NCBI GenBank assembly: GCA_037131955.1
Contig: JBAXQC010000003.1
Coordinates: 9,928-73,927 of the forward strand
Direction: 5' to 3'
From: Bacteroidota bacterium
Lineage (GTDB): Bacteria; Bacteroidota; Bacteroidia; UBA4408
Length of the DNA: 64,000 bases
In this document: positions 8,381 to 17,669 of the stretch, one piece after another
Numbering within the stretch: the first letter of the stretch is position 1
How the letters are laid out: each line of letters opens with the position of its first letter
Translations under genes and position numbers: made by a program
Notes under the pieces: model-generated
The model's input: the letters and a program-made list of their open reading frames with translations, nothing else
What the model was told of the DNA's origin: nothing
Databases searched by the model: none

Positions 8381-10399
8381 TTATCTGCTTAAGATTTTAA
8401 ACTCAGTTCTTCTGTTCATTTGCCTTCCTGCCTCTGTATCATTTGGAGTTAAAGGGTCAGAAAAACCATATCCTTTGGCTTGCACCCTTTTTTTATCAAT
8501 TCCTTTATTAATTAGGTATTCCACCACTGCTTTTGATCTTCTGTCAGATAAATCTAAGTTATATTTTTCGCTGCCTTTATTATCTGTATGGCTAGAAAGC
8601 TCAATAGTCATTTTAGGAATATCATTTAAAAGTTTAACCAAAAGATTTAATTCTGTTTGCGATTCGCTCCTTAATGTGGCTTTATCAAAATCATAAAATA
8701 CATTCTTCAAAACTATTTTTGAACCCACTGCAATTGATTTTAAGGTAACATCTTTTGCAATTTCTTGGTAGTTGCTGGTAAATGGGATGTCAAAATTTTC
8801 GGAATGGAATAGATAATTATCATTTTTTACAGCAATACCATAATTTTTACCTGATGGCAGTGTAACAAGGTATTTACCGGTTTTGCTATTTGATTTAAAA
8901 TTTGCAATTTCTTGACTGGTGGAATTATCAGTTATTGATACCACTGCCTCAATTGGCTGCTTTGTATTTTCATCAATAACAATTCCTTTTAAAAGAGTTA
9001 TGGCACTAGATTTTAACTCAACAGCTTCTGAGATTGTAACAGTTTGGGATATTGGAGCTGCTAAACTGGCCATTAAATTGTCTTCTGTACTCATTAGTAA
9101 TGATTTCTCTTTTCCGAGGAAACTGATTAAATAGATATCTCTGTTTCCATAACCTTCTTTTTTTACTGCTGCATAGTAACCGTGTTTACCATCGGCTGAA
9201 AGCACAAAACTTACATCATCATCTGAACTATTTACTGGATATCCACTATTTATTGGTTGGCACCATTTTCCTGTAGAATCCATAACGGATTTAAAAATAT
9301 CAAATCCTCCCATTGTTTCGTGCCCTTTTGAACTAAAATACATTGTTTTGCCATCAGGCATCATAAAAACACTCTCTTCGTCGTATTTAGTATTTATTGG
9401 TGTGCCAATATTGATGGACTCGCCCCATTGACCTTTTTCATCTTTTTTACAGTAATAAATGTCTGAACCACCAAATCCATTTTCTCTATCGCTTACAAAA
9501 TAAAGAATGTTTCCGTCGTAAGAATAACATGCGGAAGATTCATGATATTTAGAATTAATTTGTTTGGGAAAACTTTCTGGTTTAGTCCATTTTTCGCCGT
9601 CTAATATAGATTCGTAAATGTTTCCAAATCCTTTATCGTCAATGTAAACTAGTAATTTTTGACCATCTGCAGACAAATTAATAGTTGCATCATGCCCTTT
9701 TGTATTTACAGGTTCTCCCAAGTTAATAGGTGTAGACCAAGTATTATTGAAGCTATAAGTTCTAAATATATCCTCGTAAAATTCATCATAGTTCTCGTCT
9801 AATGCTCCGCCTGTGGTGTTGTTCCTTCGTGATGTAAACATGAGCATGTCTTCATCAGCCGAAATTACAGGGCTGTAATCTGTATAAGGGCCGTTAATAT
9901 TGGGACCTAAATTATCGATAAAAACTCTAATAGGTTTTTTTACTAAGATTTTTCCAACTTCAATTTCTGCTAATTTTTTTTCAACATCAGCAATGTTCGT
10001 TTTATCTTCTTTTTTTGTATAGCTTAACGTGGCTCTATATTTTTCATATTCTTCTTTTGCCTTGTCCCAATTTAAATCTAAATGTTCACATTGCCCTAAA
10101 TAATAGTGAATATCTGGAGCAATATCAGGTTTCATAGAGTAGGCTTTTTGAAAGTAGTCTTTTGCTTTGTATTTAAAAAAAGAATTCAGGTAGCAAATGC
10201 CAATTTTTAACTTAATTTCAGGATGGGTATCATCAATACTATCTGCTCTCAAGAAATTTATTAAAGCCTTTCTATGAAAAGCAGGCCCTTGTTCAAAGAA
10301 CTCGTCGCCAAGTTTAACATTTTCTTTAAATACTTTTGACTGAGAAAAAGAAAGTGATGAAATTAAAACAAATATTAATAGGGAGTAGAAATTTTTCAT
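8381..10399 (-). CDS. TPR / PD40 (TolB-like beta-propeller repeat) / OmpA-domain outer-membrane-associated protein
   Basis: ORF track gives 8381..10429, but that start is GTG. ATG at 10399 gives the signal peptide MKNFYSLLIFVLISSLSFSQ. Repeated ..SADG..LYF.S.R..G.GG.DIY blocks. C-terminal OmpA motifs SHTDN.GS..YN..LS.RR, NRRTEFKI. Confidence 0.8.
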   Translation of the reverse strand: MKNFYSLLIFVLISSLSFSQSKVFKENVKLGDEFFEQGPAFHRKALINFLRADSIDDTHPEIKLKIGICYLNSFFKYKAKDYFQKAYSMKPDIAPDIHYYLGQCEHLDLNWDKAKEEYEKYRATLSYTKKEDKTNIADVEKKLAEIEVGKILVKKPIRVFIDNLGPNINGPYTDYSPVISADEDMLMFTSRRNNTTGGALDENYDEFYEDIFRTYSFNNTWSTPINLGEPVNTKGHDATINLSADGQKLLVYIDDKGFGNIYESILDGEKWTKPESFPKQINSKYHESSACYSYDGNILYFVSDRENGFGGSDIYYCKKDEKGQWGESINIGTPINTKYDEESVFMMPDGKTMYFSSKGHETMGGFDIFKSVMDSTGKWCQPINSGYPVNSSDDDVSFVLSADGKHGYYAAVKKEGYGNRDIYLISFLGKEKSLLMSTEDNLMASLAAPISQTVTISEAVELKSSAITLLKGIVIDENTKQPIEAVVSITDNSTSQEIANFKSNSKTGKYLVTLPSGKNYGIAVKNDNYLFHSENFDIPFTSNYQEIAKDVTLKSIAVGSKIVLKNVFYDFDKATLRSESQTELNLLVKLLNDIPKMTIELSSHTDNKGSEKYNLDLSDRRSKAVVEYLINKGIDKKRVQAKGYGFSDPLTPNDTEAGRQMNRRTEFKILSR

Positions 10400-10409
10400 A
10401 GTTAAATTT

Positions 10410-11480
10410 TCATTTTTGAACACACTCACTTAAATAATTTTTTGCTTGAATCATGCCTAATTTAAAGGCTTTGTCCCAATCATCGCAAGCCCCAATTTGA
10501 TCTCTAACCATTTCTTTGGCAGTACCTCTGTTTAAGTATGCTGCGCCATAGTTTGGATTTAATTTAATTGCTTTGCTTGATGCATCAATAGAGCCGTTGT
10601 AATCTTTCATTTTAAATTTTACAGAGGATATATTACAATATGCAAAATAATAATCTTCCTTAATTTTTACAACCTCTAAAAAATCTTTCAAAGCTCCTTC
10701 AAAATCGCCTGATTCATATTTTGCATTTCCCCTGTTGTTGAGCGCTATGTAATATTTTGAATCAATTTTAACGGCATTGTCGTAGGCTTCTATTGCACCC
10801 TTTATGTCTCCATTTTTCATTTTTGCACTGCCTAAATTATTGTATGCAATTACAAAGTATGGATTAAGTAAAATAGCATTAGAGTAATCACTAATTGCAC
10901 CTTGTATATCTTGCATTTGCCTTTTAGTACTGGCTCTGTCGTTAAAAGCGTAATCAAAATCAGATTTGAGCTCTATGGATTTATCAAAATCTTTTAATGC
11001 TTCTTCAAAATTATTTATAGAGAATTTTGCTATTCCACGGTAATAATATCCTAAGGAATTGTTGGCGTTTAATTTGATATAATTGTTTAAATCTATTATT
11101 GCTTTTTCTGCATTATCAGTGGAGATGTATGTATTTGCTCTACCAAACAAGGCACTTTCATTATTTGGGTTTATGGCTAAAGCTGTGTTAAAATCAGCTA
11201 AAGCACTCTTATAATCTTGTGCTTCATATCTTATAGAACCGCGGTTAGAAATGGCTTTGTCAAAATTTGGTTTTAATTGAATGGCTTTGTCAAATGATCT
11301 GATTGCATCTTCAAACATTTTTTGTTTGTAAAATGATACGCCTTGGTTGTAGATATTTTCCGCATCTTGATTTTCGGGAAGACCAACACCATTTACAACT
11401 GTTTCTTCTTCTTTTACTTGAGAATAAATAAATGCTGGAGAATACAGCAATAATAGAACAACTAATAGTGTATTTTTCAT
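10410..11480 (-). CDS. secreted tetratricopeptide-repeat protein
   Basis: ORF track gives 10410..11498 (TTG start). ATG at 11480 gives MKNTLLVVLLLLYSPAFIYSQ. The body is about 9 tandem 34-aa TPR units (A..DFN.AI.LNPN...AY.NRG). Confidence 0.75.
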   Translation of the reverse strand: MKNTLLVVLLLLYSPAFIYSQVKEEETVVNGVGLPENQDAENIYNQGVSFYKQKMFEDAIRSFDKAIQLKPNFDKAISNRGSIRYEAQDYKSALADFNTALAINPNNESALFGRANTYISTDNAEKAIIDLNNYIKLNANNSLGYYYRGIAKFSINNFEEALKDFDKSIELKSDFDYAFNDRASTKRQMQDIQGAISDYSNAILLNPYFVIAYNNLGSAKMKNGDIKGAIEAYDNAVKIDSKYYIALNNRGNAKYESGDFEGALKDFLEVVKIKEDYYFAYCNISSVKFKMKDYNGSIDASSKAIKLNPNYGAAYLNRGTAKEMVRDQIGACDDWDKAFKLGMIQAKNYLSECVQK

Positions 11481-11574
11481 AGCCATGGAATATATCAATG
11501 ACGATAAAGGTAAACAAAGATGTATAAAAACAAAAATTATTATGGCATCTAACTGTGCGTTAAAAACAAAAATC

Positions 11575-12108
11575 TTAATAATATGGTGACATTAGTAAAT
11601 AAACAATTACTCCAGTAATTGAAACGTAAATCCATATTGGTAAAGTAAATTTTGTTACTTTTTTATGTTTTACTATTTGATTTGATAATGCGAAATAAAT
11701 AGCAAAAAGTGCCAAAGGCACAATAGTGGTAGCTAAAACAATATGAGTTATTAATATAAAAAAATAGATTGAACGAACAAAGCCTTCCCCACCAAATTTT
11801 GTTGGTGGAAAAGTATAATGATAGACTACATAAGAAACCAAAAAAATACTTGATAAAATAAAAGCACTTAACATTAATGTTCTGTGAACTTTAATTTGTT
11901 TTGCCTTAACAAAAAAATAACCTAAAATTAAACACAGTGCAGTAGAGCCATTTAAAACAGCATGAAACAAAGGTAATGAAGAAATTGGGCTATCTGCCGA
12001 GTTCTGTCTTCCGGGAATTACCATTAAAATAGCAACAACTATTGGTATAAGTATTGAAAGCGTAATGATAATTGGCTTATAAATATTGTCCTTTGCTTGA
12101 ATTTCCAT
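11575..12108 (-). CDS. DUF420-family membrane protein (cytochrome oxidase cluster-associated)
   Basis: Four to five TM helices. LFHAVLNGSTALCLILGYFFVK..IKVHR.LMLSAF.LSS.FLVSYVVYHY matches my memory of DUF420. Located after an SCO-like gene in the cox cluster. Confidence 0.65.
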   Translation of the reverse strand: MEIQAKDNIYKPIIITLSILIPIVVAILMVIPGRQNSADSPISSLPLFHAVLNGSTALCLILGYFFVKAKQIKVHRTLMLSAFILSSIFLVSYVVYHYTFPPTKFGGEGFVRSIYFFILITHIVLATTIVPLALFAIYFALSNQIVKHKKVTKFTLPIWIYVSITGVIVYLLMSPYY

Positions 12109-12115
12109 TTTATGA

Positions 12116-12802
12116 TCAGTTTTTCTGATGTTTTTTATTAAATTTTACTTCACCGTTTAAAACAACAATTTCTGCCTGCAAAGTGTTCACAGCATTAATG
12201 GAATTACCATAATAATGTCCTCTAATTTGTTGATTTGGATCAATTAAAAACAGCGATGTTTTAAGAGAATCATAGGTTAAGTTTGGTAAGGCTTTAACAA
12301 ATTGTTGTTTAAGTGAATCTAAAGCTGAATTGCTTACACAGTAAAAATCCCAAATTTCGCCTGAATGAACTCTTCTTACATTTTCTAAAGCGGTTTGATC
12401 TGAGTTTTTCTTGCTTCCATTAGTCACACTCACAAATCTTAAACCTTTAATGTGATTCACTCTTTTTTGAATTCTGAACAAATTTGCACAAACCATTCCT
12501 TGTTCTTTTTCATTTATGTTTTCTGCAAATTGAATTACAATAATTCTTCCATCAGAGTTTAAATATTCCTTTTTTTGTGGTGAATAGAACTTCGGGTAGT
12601 TTAACTTAAAATATGATGTATCACCATTATTTGTAACTCCTGCGATTGGCCCATAATGTTGCAGTCTCTTAAAAACAGGAACATTGTTTTGTATTAGAGG
12701 TTTTCTAACAAAATAATAATAAAATGAAAGACAAAATACCGCAGGGGCAACAAAAAAAAAGGGAAGAATCAGCCTCTTTTTTAGACTTAAATTACTTCCC
12801 AT
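12116..12802 (-). CDS. SCO1/SenC-like thioredoxin-fold protein, apparently lacking the CxxxC copper site
   Basis: N-terminal TM anchor, position in the cox cluster, C-terminal LFLIDPNQQIRGHYYG resembles SCO family. No CxxxC motif is present (see findings). Confidence 0.45.
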   Translation of the reverse strand: MGSNLSLKKRLILPFFFVAPAVFCLSFYYYFVRKPLIQNNVPVFKRLQHYGPIAGVTNNGDTSYFKLNYPKFYSPQKKEYLNSDGRIIVIQFAENINEKEQGMVCANLFRIQKRVNHIKGLRFVSVTNGSKKNSDQTALENVRRVHSGEIWDFYCVSNSALDSLKQQFVKALPNLTYDSLKTSLFLIDPNQQIRGHYYGNSINAVNTLQAEIVVLNGEVKFNKKHQKN

Positions 12803-12818
12803 AATTTTTATAGTATTA

Positions 12819-13274
12819 TTAGTGTGATTGACTTTTGTGGTCAGTATCGTGAGAAGATTTATTGTTTAGTTGTTCTTGTTTTTGCTTTATAACATTTTCA
12901 TCTAAACCATATCTTCCTGCTTTAGAGTAAGTGCCTTCGCTTATGTCTACAAGTGTAACCAAATAAATTACAAAAACACAAAATGGTATTAATATCACAT
13001 ATCTAAAAGATCTTTCTTCGTCGCCCAAGTGCATAAATGAAAGAACTATATAGGCTGCTTTTACAAGTGTAAGAGTGATAAAAATAAATTTGATAGTGAA
13101 TGTTCCTGTTAAATTCCATTCTTTAACCTTAAAACCAATATAAAGTTCAACTAAAGTAATAGCAAGCATGATCCAGAATACTTGCCATAGTTTTTTTCTT
13201 TTTGTTTTTCCTTCTTCTTCTGAATGATGAGCTAATGTTTCGTAACTCGGAAAATCGTCGTGAAATTCAGACAT
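12819..13274 (-). CDS. cytochrome c oxidase subunit IV-family small membrane protein
   Basis: Three TM helices, directly downstream of subunit III. Size and topology fit the prokaryotic CoxIV family. Confidence 0.6.
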   Translation of the reverse strand: MSEFHDDFPSYETLAHHSEEEGKTKRKKLWQVFWIMLAITLVELYIGFKVKEWNLTGTFTIKFIFITLTLVKAAYIVLSFMHLGDEERSFRYVILIPFCVFVIYLVTLVDISEGTYSKAGRYGLDENVIKQKQEQLNNKSSHDTDHKSQSH

Positions 13275-13292
13275 ATAAATTGAATTAAATTG

Positions 13293-14009
13293 TTACAGTA
13301 AATAAAAGAATGTGAATACAAATACCCAAACAAGGTCAACAAAATGCCAATACAAACCAACTTTCTCAACCATTTCATAGTGGCCTCGTTTTACGTAGGT
13401 GTCGTTTAACACATTGATAAAAATTATTGCATTAATAACTACCCCGGAGAACACGTGAGTTCCATGAAAACCAGTTATAAAGAAAAAGAAGTCTGCAAAA
13501 ACAGGTAAACCGTATTCGTTATAAGTTAAGTTTGCCCCGTGTATTAATTGATCTTTGTAAACACCGTCCACAAGAATATTTCTTACAGCTCCGTGCTCTG
13601 TTCCGTGAATAAAGTGATACCATTCCCATGCTTGTGAACCCACAAAAGCAGCACCTCCAATTATAGTTAAGAACATCCATATACTTACTCCTCTTTTATC
13701 GTTTCTGTGTCCTGCCTCTACTGCCAAAACCATTGTTACAGAAGACATAATAAGGATAAACGTCATTAATCCAACATAAGCCAAAGGAATGTGTCCTTCG
13801 TAAAAAGGAAAGTGAGTAAATACAACTCCTGGATCAGGCCATAAATCGGTGTATTTGTGCCTCATAAAACCGTAAGCAGCAAGTAAGCTTGAGAAAGTAA
13901 ATGCATCAGAAATGAGGAAAAACCACATCATCATTTTTCCATAGCTAACGCCAAATGGAGAAACTCCGCCTTTCCAATGATTTTCAACAGTAGTAGAATG
14001 ACTTGACAT
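13293..14009 (-). CDS. heme-copper (cytochrome c) oxidase subunit III
   Basis: FFITGFHGTHVFSGV, YWHFVDLVWVFVF, multiple TM helices. Classic subunit III motifs. Confidence 0.85.
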   Translation of the reverse strand: MSSHSTTVENHWKGGVSPFGVSYGKMMMWFFLISDAFTFSSLLAAYGFMRHKYTDLWPDPGVVFTHFPFYEGHIPLAYVGLMTFILIMSSVTMVLAVEAGHRNDKRGVSIWMFLTIIGGAAFVGSQAWEWYHFIHGTEHGAVRNILVDGVYKDQLIHGANLTYNEYGLPVFADFFFFITGFHGTHVFSGVVINAIIFINVLNDTYVKRGHYEMVEKVGLYWHFVDLVWVFVFTFFYLL

Positions 14010-14043
14010 ATTTTATTTTATGCTAGTTTTTTAAATTTAGCCA

Positions 14044-14051
14044 CAAATGTA
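14044..14051 (-). promoter_or_regulatory. candidate -7 promoter box (TACATTTG on minus strand); second identical copy at 14072-14079
   Basis: Plus strand caaatgta, 34 nt upstream of ATG 14009. Duplicate box lies 28 nt further upstream. Confidence 0.35.
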
Positions 14052-14150
14052 TATTTCAGATTTTGGTTTTGCAAATGTATTTGTCCAATAATTTTGAAAT
14101 CTTGTTTACTTTGGTAATTTAGAACGATTAAAAATTAAATTTTGGCTTTT

Positions 14151-15350
14151 TTAATTTTTCCACAGAATTGAACTGTCTCCAAAACTTAAAAAGCGAAACT
14201 TGTTTTTTAGTGCATAGTCGTAAATGTTTTTCCAATCGTTACCCACAAAAGCAGAAATTAGTAGAAGCAATGTGCTTTGGGGTTGGTGAAAATTTGTAAT
14301 TAGCCCATCAATAAATTTAAATTTATAGCCGGGAGCTATAATAATTTTAGTTTCCCCTTCAATCACATCCAAATTATTTGAATCTAAATAGTTTATAATT
14401 TCTAGTAATGAATCTAACACACTTATATTTTCCTTTATGTCATATGCATCCCATTGTTCCACTAATACTTCATTTTCTTTTAAAACAAATCCGTTTTTTA
14501 TTTTTAGCCCAATCCAATATATACTTTCAATAGTTCGTACCGATGTGGTTCCAACTGCAATAACCTTATTTTTTGCTATCACTGTTTCCATTAATTTTTT
14601 TAAGAATTCTTTTTTTACAAAAATTCTTTCTGAGTGCATTTTATGGTCAATCATTTTTTCTGACTTTACAGGTAAAAATGTTCCCGCTCCAACATGCAAT
14701 GTAAGTTCAGAGGTATTTATTTTTTTCTCTTTTAGTTTTTCAAAAACATAATTAGTAAAATGCAGTCCTGCAGTAGGAGCTGCAACAGAACCTTTAGTTT
14801 TTGAGTATATTGTTTGATAATTAACCTTATCACTTTCTTCAAAATCTCTTTTTATGTAGGGTGGAAGAGGTAATTCACCGGCAACTTCAATAGCATCAAA
14901 AAAAGAAATAGTTTTATCGCTTAATTCAAATTCAACTTCAAAGTAATCAGTTTTCTTTATTTTATTTTTAATAATTAGTGATACTGGCTTGTTGTTTACG
15001 ATGAAATCTTTTTTTAATAATTCGTTATCCTTTATGCGTTTGACATTTCCTATTAAACAATTCCACACAGCTGTATTATTTTTGTTAGTTGGCTCCAAAC
15101 AAAAAATTTCAATTTTTGCACCATTAGAATTTCGAAAAATTAACCTTGCATTAATAACTCTTGAGTTGTTAAAAACCAATAAACTGTTTTCGGGAATATA
15201 GTTGTGAATTTGACAAAATAAATCTTCACAAATTTTTTGGTTTTGATAGATTAAAAGTTTGCTTTTATCTCTCTCCTCTACAGGAAAATCTGCTATTTTT
15301 TCTGGTGGTAGATGGTAATTATAGTCTTCTATTTTAATTTCTTTAGGCAC
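14151..15350 (-). CDS. queA: S-adenosylmethionine:tRNA ribosyltransferase-isomerase
   Basis: N-terminal EDYNYHLPPEKIA, AAPTAGLHFT, TNFHQPQSTLLLLISAF. Start codon in the track is GTG. Confidence 0.9.
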   Translation of the reverse strand: MPKEIKIEDYNYHLPPEKIADFPVEERDKSKLLIYQNQKICEDLFCQIHNYIPENSLLVFNNSRVINARLIFRNSNGAKIEIFCLEPTNKNNTAVWNCLIGNVKRIKDNELLKKDFIVNNKPVSLIIKNKIKKTDYFEVEFELSDKTISFFDAIEVAGELPLPPYIKRDFEESDKVNYQTIYSKTKGSVAAPTAGLHFTNYVFEKLKEKKINTSELTLHVGAGTFLPVKSEKMIDHKMHSERIFVKKEFLKKLMETVIAKNKVIAVGTTSVRTIESIYWIGLKIKNGFVLKENEVLVEQWDAYDIKENISVLDSLLEIINYLDSNNLDVIEGETKIIIAPGYKFKFIDGLITNFHQPQSTLLLLISAFVGNDWKNIYDYALKNKFRFLSFGDSSILWKN

Positions 15351-15360
15351 AAATTTTATT

Positions 15361-15804
15361 TTAAATATCTAGTGAACTTGCATCAATAATATAACTTTCG
15401 TTTAAATCTTTTACAGAAAGTTCTGGTAAATTTATTTTGGCCGGACCTTCAATAACTACCCCTAATAAATTAAATCTGCTACCGTGATTATTGCAATAAA
15501 ATTGATCATTCTTAAATTCAACTTTATAATCTCTGTGAGTGCATTTCATGTAAAAAGAATGAATCTCATTTTTAGCATTGCAAGAAATATATATTGGATA
15601 AGGCAATTCTTCGATTTCTAACAAAAGCTTCTTTTTTGAAATTAATTCTTCCTTTTGAACAGAAATTTTTCCTCCAAACAATTTTGCTTTAACAACAGTG
15701 CTTTTTGTTTTACAAGATTCAATTAGTGACAAGCCAGTTCCGCTAATGCATAATGCACACGCTTTTAAAACAAAATCTTTCCTATTCAAGATTTTAATAT
15801 GCAA
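15361..15804 (-). CDS. Rieske [2Fe-2S] domain protein (small, exported/lipoprotein-like N-terminus)
   Basis: CTH...(13 aa)...CNNHGSRF is the Rieske CxH/CxxH ligand pair. N-terminal [18 protein letters not shown] resembles a Tat/lipoprotein signal. TTG start overlaps the glyA stop by 11 nt. Confidence 0.65.
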   Translation of the reverse strand: MHIKILNRKDFVLKACALCISGTGLSLIESCKTKSTVVKAKLFGGKISVQKEELISKKKLLLEIEELPYPIYISCNAKNEIHSFYMKCTHRDYKVEFKNDQFYCNNHGSRFNLLGVVIEGPAKINLPELSVKDLNESYIIDASSLDI

Positions 15805-17068
15805 ACAATGGAAGATTCTCCATTAATTTATTTACTTCTTTTTTTGTTTCGGAAATCCTTAAATCGTTAGTTTTATTTTCAATTACGTCGTCAATAAGTT
15901 CAACAATTTTTTCCATAGAATCTTCTTTTAATCCTCTACTTGTAATAGCAGGTGTTCCAATTCTAATTCCGGATGTTACAAAGGGTGATTTGTCGTCAAA
16001 CGGAACCATGTTCTTATTAACTGTAATATCGGCTTTTACCAAAGCATTTTCAGCTTCTTTACCTGTGGTATTTTTACTTCTGAGGTCAATTAACATGCAG
16101 TGATTGTCTGTTCCTTGAGAAATTATACTGTAGCCTTTAGCAACAAAATGTTTTGCCATTGTTGAGGCGTTTAGTTTTACTTGTTTCATATAATCAGTAA
16201 AACTTGGATCTAGAGCTTCACCAAAAGCTATTGCTTTTGCAGCAATAACATGTTCTAGCGGTCCGCCTTGAGTTCCCGGAAATACTGCTGCATCAAATAA
16301 GGCACTCATTGGCTTAACTTCTCCTTTTGGAGTTTTTTGACCAAATGGGTTTTCAAAATCTTTACCCATCATTATTAGCCCGCCTCTTGGGCCACGAAGT
16401 GTTTTATGAGTTGTAGTTGTAACAACGTGGCAATGCTGCATAGGATTGTTTAATAATTTTGCAGCAATTAAACCAGCTGGGTGAGAAATATCTGCCAATA
16501 AAAAAGCCCCAACTTCGTCAGCAATTTTTCTCAATGTTTCGTAATCCCAATCACGTGAGTATGCCGAAGCTCCACAAATCAACAATTTTGGTTTTTCATT
16601 AAGTACAGTCTCTCTTACTTTGTCATAGTTAATTCTTCCTGTTTCTCTTTCAACGCCGTAGAAAGATGGTTGGTAAAGCTTACCAGAGAAGTTCACAGGA
16701 GAACCGTGGGTTAAATGTCCTCCGTGGGATAAATCAAATCCAGTTATTTTATCTCCGGGTTTTAATAGTGCTAACATAACCGCAGCGTTTGCTTGGGCTC
16801 CAGAGTGTGGCTGAACGTTTGCCCACTCTGCACCAAAAAGCTCTTTAACTCTATCTATTGCAAGTTGTTCTACTTTATCTACAATTTCACAACCTCCATA
16901 ATACCTTTTGCCTGGCAGTCCCTCTGCATACTTATTTGTAAGAATACTTCCTGCAGCTTCCATTACTTGATTACTTACAAAATTTTCGGAAGCAATTAAT
17001 TCAATGCCGTGCAATTGTCGTAGTTTTTCTTCTTCTATATACTTAAAAATAATTTCGTCTCTTTTCAT
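15794..17068 (-). CDS. glyA: serine hydroxymethyltransferase
   Basis: [19 protein letters not shown]-like [14 protein letters not shown]-lysine region [14 protein letters not shown]. Confidence 0.95.
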   Translation of the reverse strand: MKRDEIIFKYIEEEKLRQLHGIELIASENFVSNQVMEAAGSILTNKYAEGLPGKRYYGGCEIVDKVEQLAIDRVKELFGAEWANVQPHSGAQANAAVMLALLKPGDKITGFDLSHGGHLTHGSPVNFSGKLYQPSFYGVERETGRINYDKVRETVLNEKPKLLICGASAYSRDWDYETLRKIADEVGAFLLADISHPAGLIAAKLLNNPMQHCHVVTTTTHKTLRGPRGGLIMMGKDFENPFGQKTPKGEVKPMSALFDAAVFPGTQGGPLEHVIAAKAIAFGEALDPSFTDYMKQVKLNASTMAKHFVAKGYSIISQGTDNHCMLIDLRSKNTTGKEAENALVKADITVNKNMVPFDDKSPFVTSGIRIGTPAITSRGLKEDSMEKIVELIDDVIENKTNDLRISETKKEVNKLMENLPLFAY

Positions 17069-17096
17069 AAATTCTTTGTTATCTAATAATTGTTCT

Positions 17097-17104
17097 CAAA
17101 GATA
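17097..17104 (-). promoter_or_regulatory. candidate -7 promoter box (TATCTTTG on minus strand) for the glyA-Rieske-queA string
   Basis: Plus strand caaagata, 28 nt upstream of ATG 17068. Confidence 0.35.
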
Positions 17105-17114
17105 ATACAGATGA

Positions 17115-17669
17115 TTATCTATTAATATCTTTTTGTAATTTTTTTTGTCTATCATTTAAAATAAAAGTTGGAATGAGAATCATGAGCAATAAAGGAGATT
17201 GCAAAATACCCATAAACTCTCTAGACAAGGTGTATCCCTCGAGACCTTTGCCAGTAAATACTCCTACCAAATAAAATATTCCAGCAATTAAAAAGAATAC
17301 TAAATAGCTTGCAATTGTAATTAAGTTGTATGTTTTGTTTTTAAAAATAGCTGAAATAAGAAGATAGGTTATTCCAAAATATATTAAATAGAAAAGTACT
17401 GTTAAAATCCATTTTAGTTGAGTTAACTGGGCATAGTCCATCTTTTTTAAAAATAACAAAATACCTGGGAAAGTGTAGTTATAATCTAAATCAGTTTCGT
17501 GATAATATACTTGCGTACGTTGAAAGTTTATATGTACAAAAATTAACTCCCTGATATAACCAATAACAAAAACAACAACAATTACAGGAATGAGTTTCCA
17601 AAAAAGTTTACCGTTTTTATTCTCTATTGAACTTGAACTTTGGAAATTTTTAGTGCCCATATCATCCAT
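17115..17669 (-). CDS. exosortase F system-associated membrane protein (putative)
   Basis: About 180-aa polytopic membrane protein immediately downstream of, and overlapping, the xrtF-like gene. This is the arrangement described for the XrtF partner family. No motif verified independently. Confidence 0.5.
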   Translation of the reverse strand: MDDMGTKNFQSSSSIENKNGKLFWKLIPVIVVVFVIGYIRELIFVHINFQRTQVYYHETDLDYNYTFPGILLFLKKMDYAQLTQLKWILTVLFYLIYFGITYLLISAIFKNKTYNLITIASYLVFFLIAGIFYLVGVFTGKGLEGYTLSREFMGILQSPLLLMILIPTFILNDRQKKLQKDINR

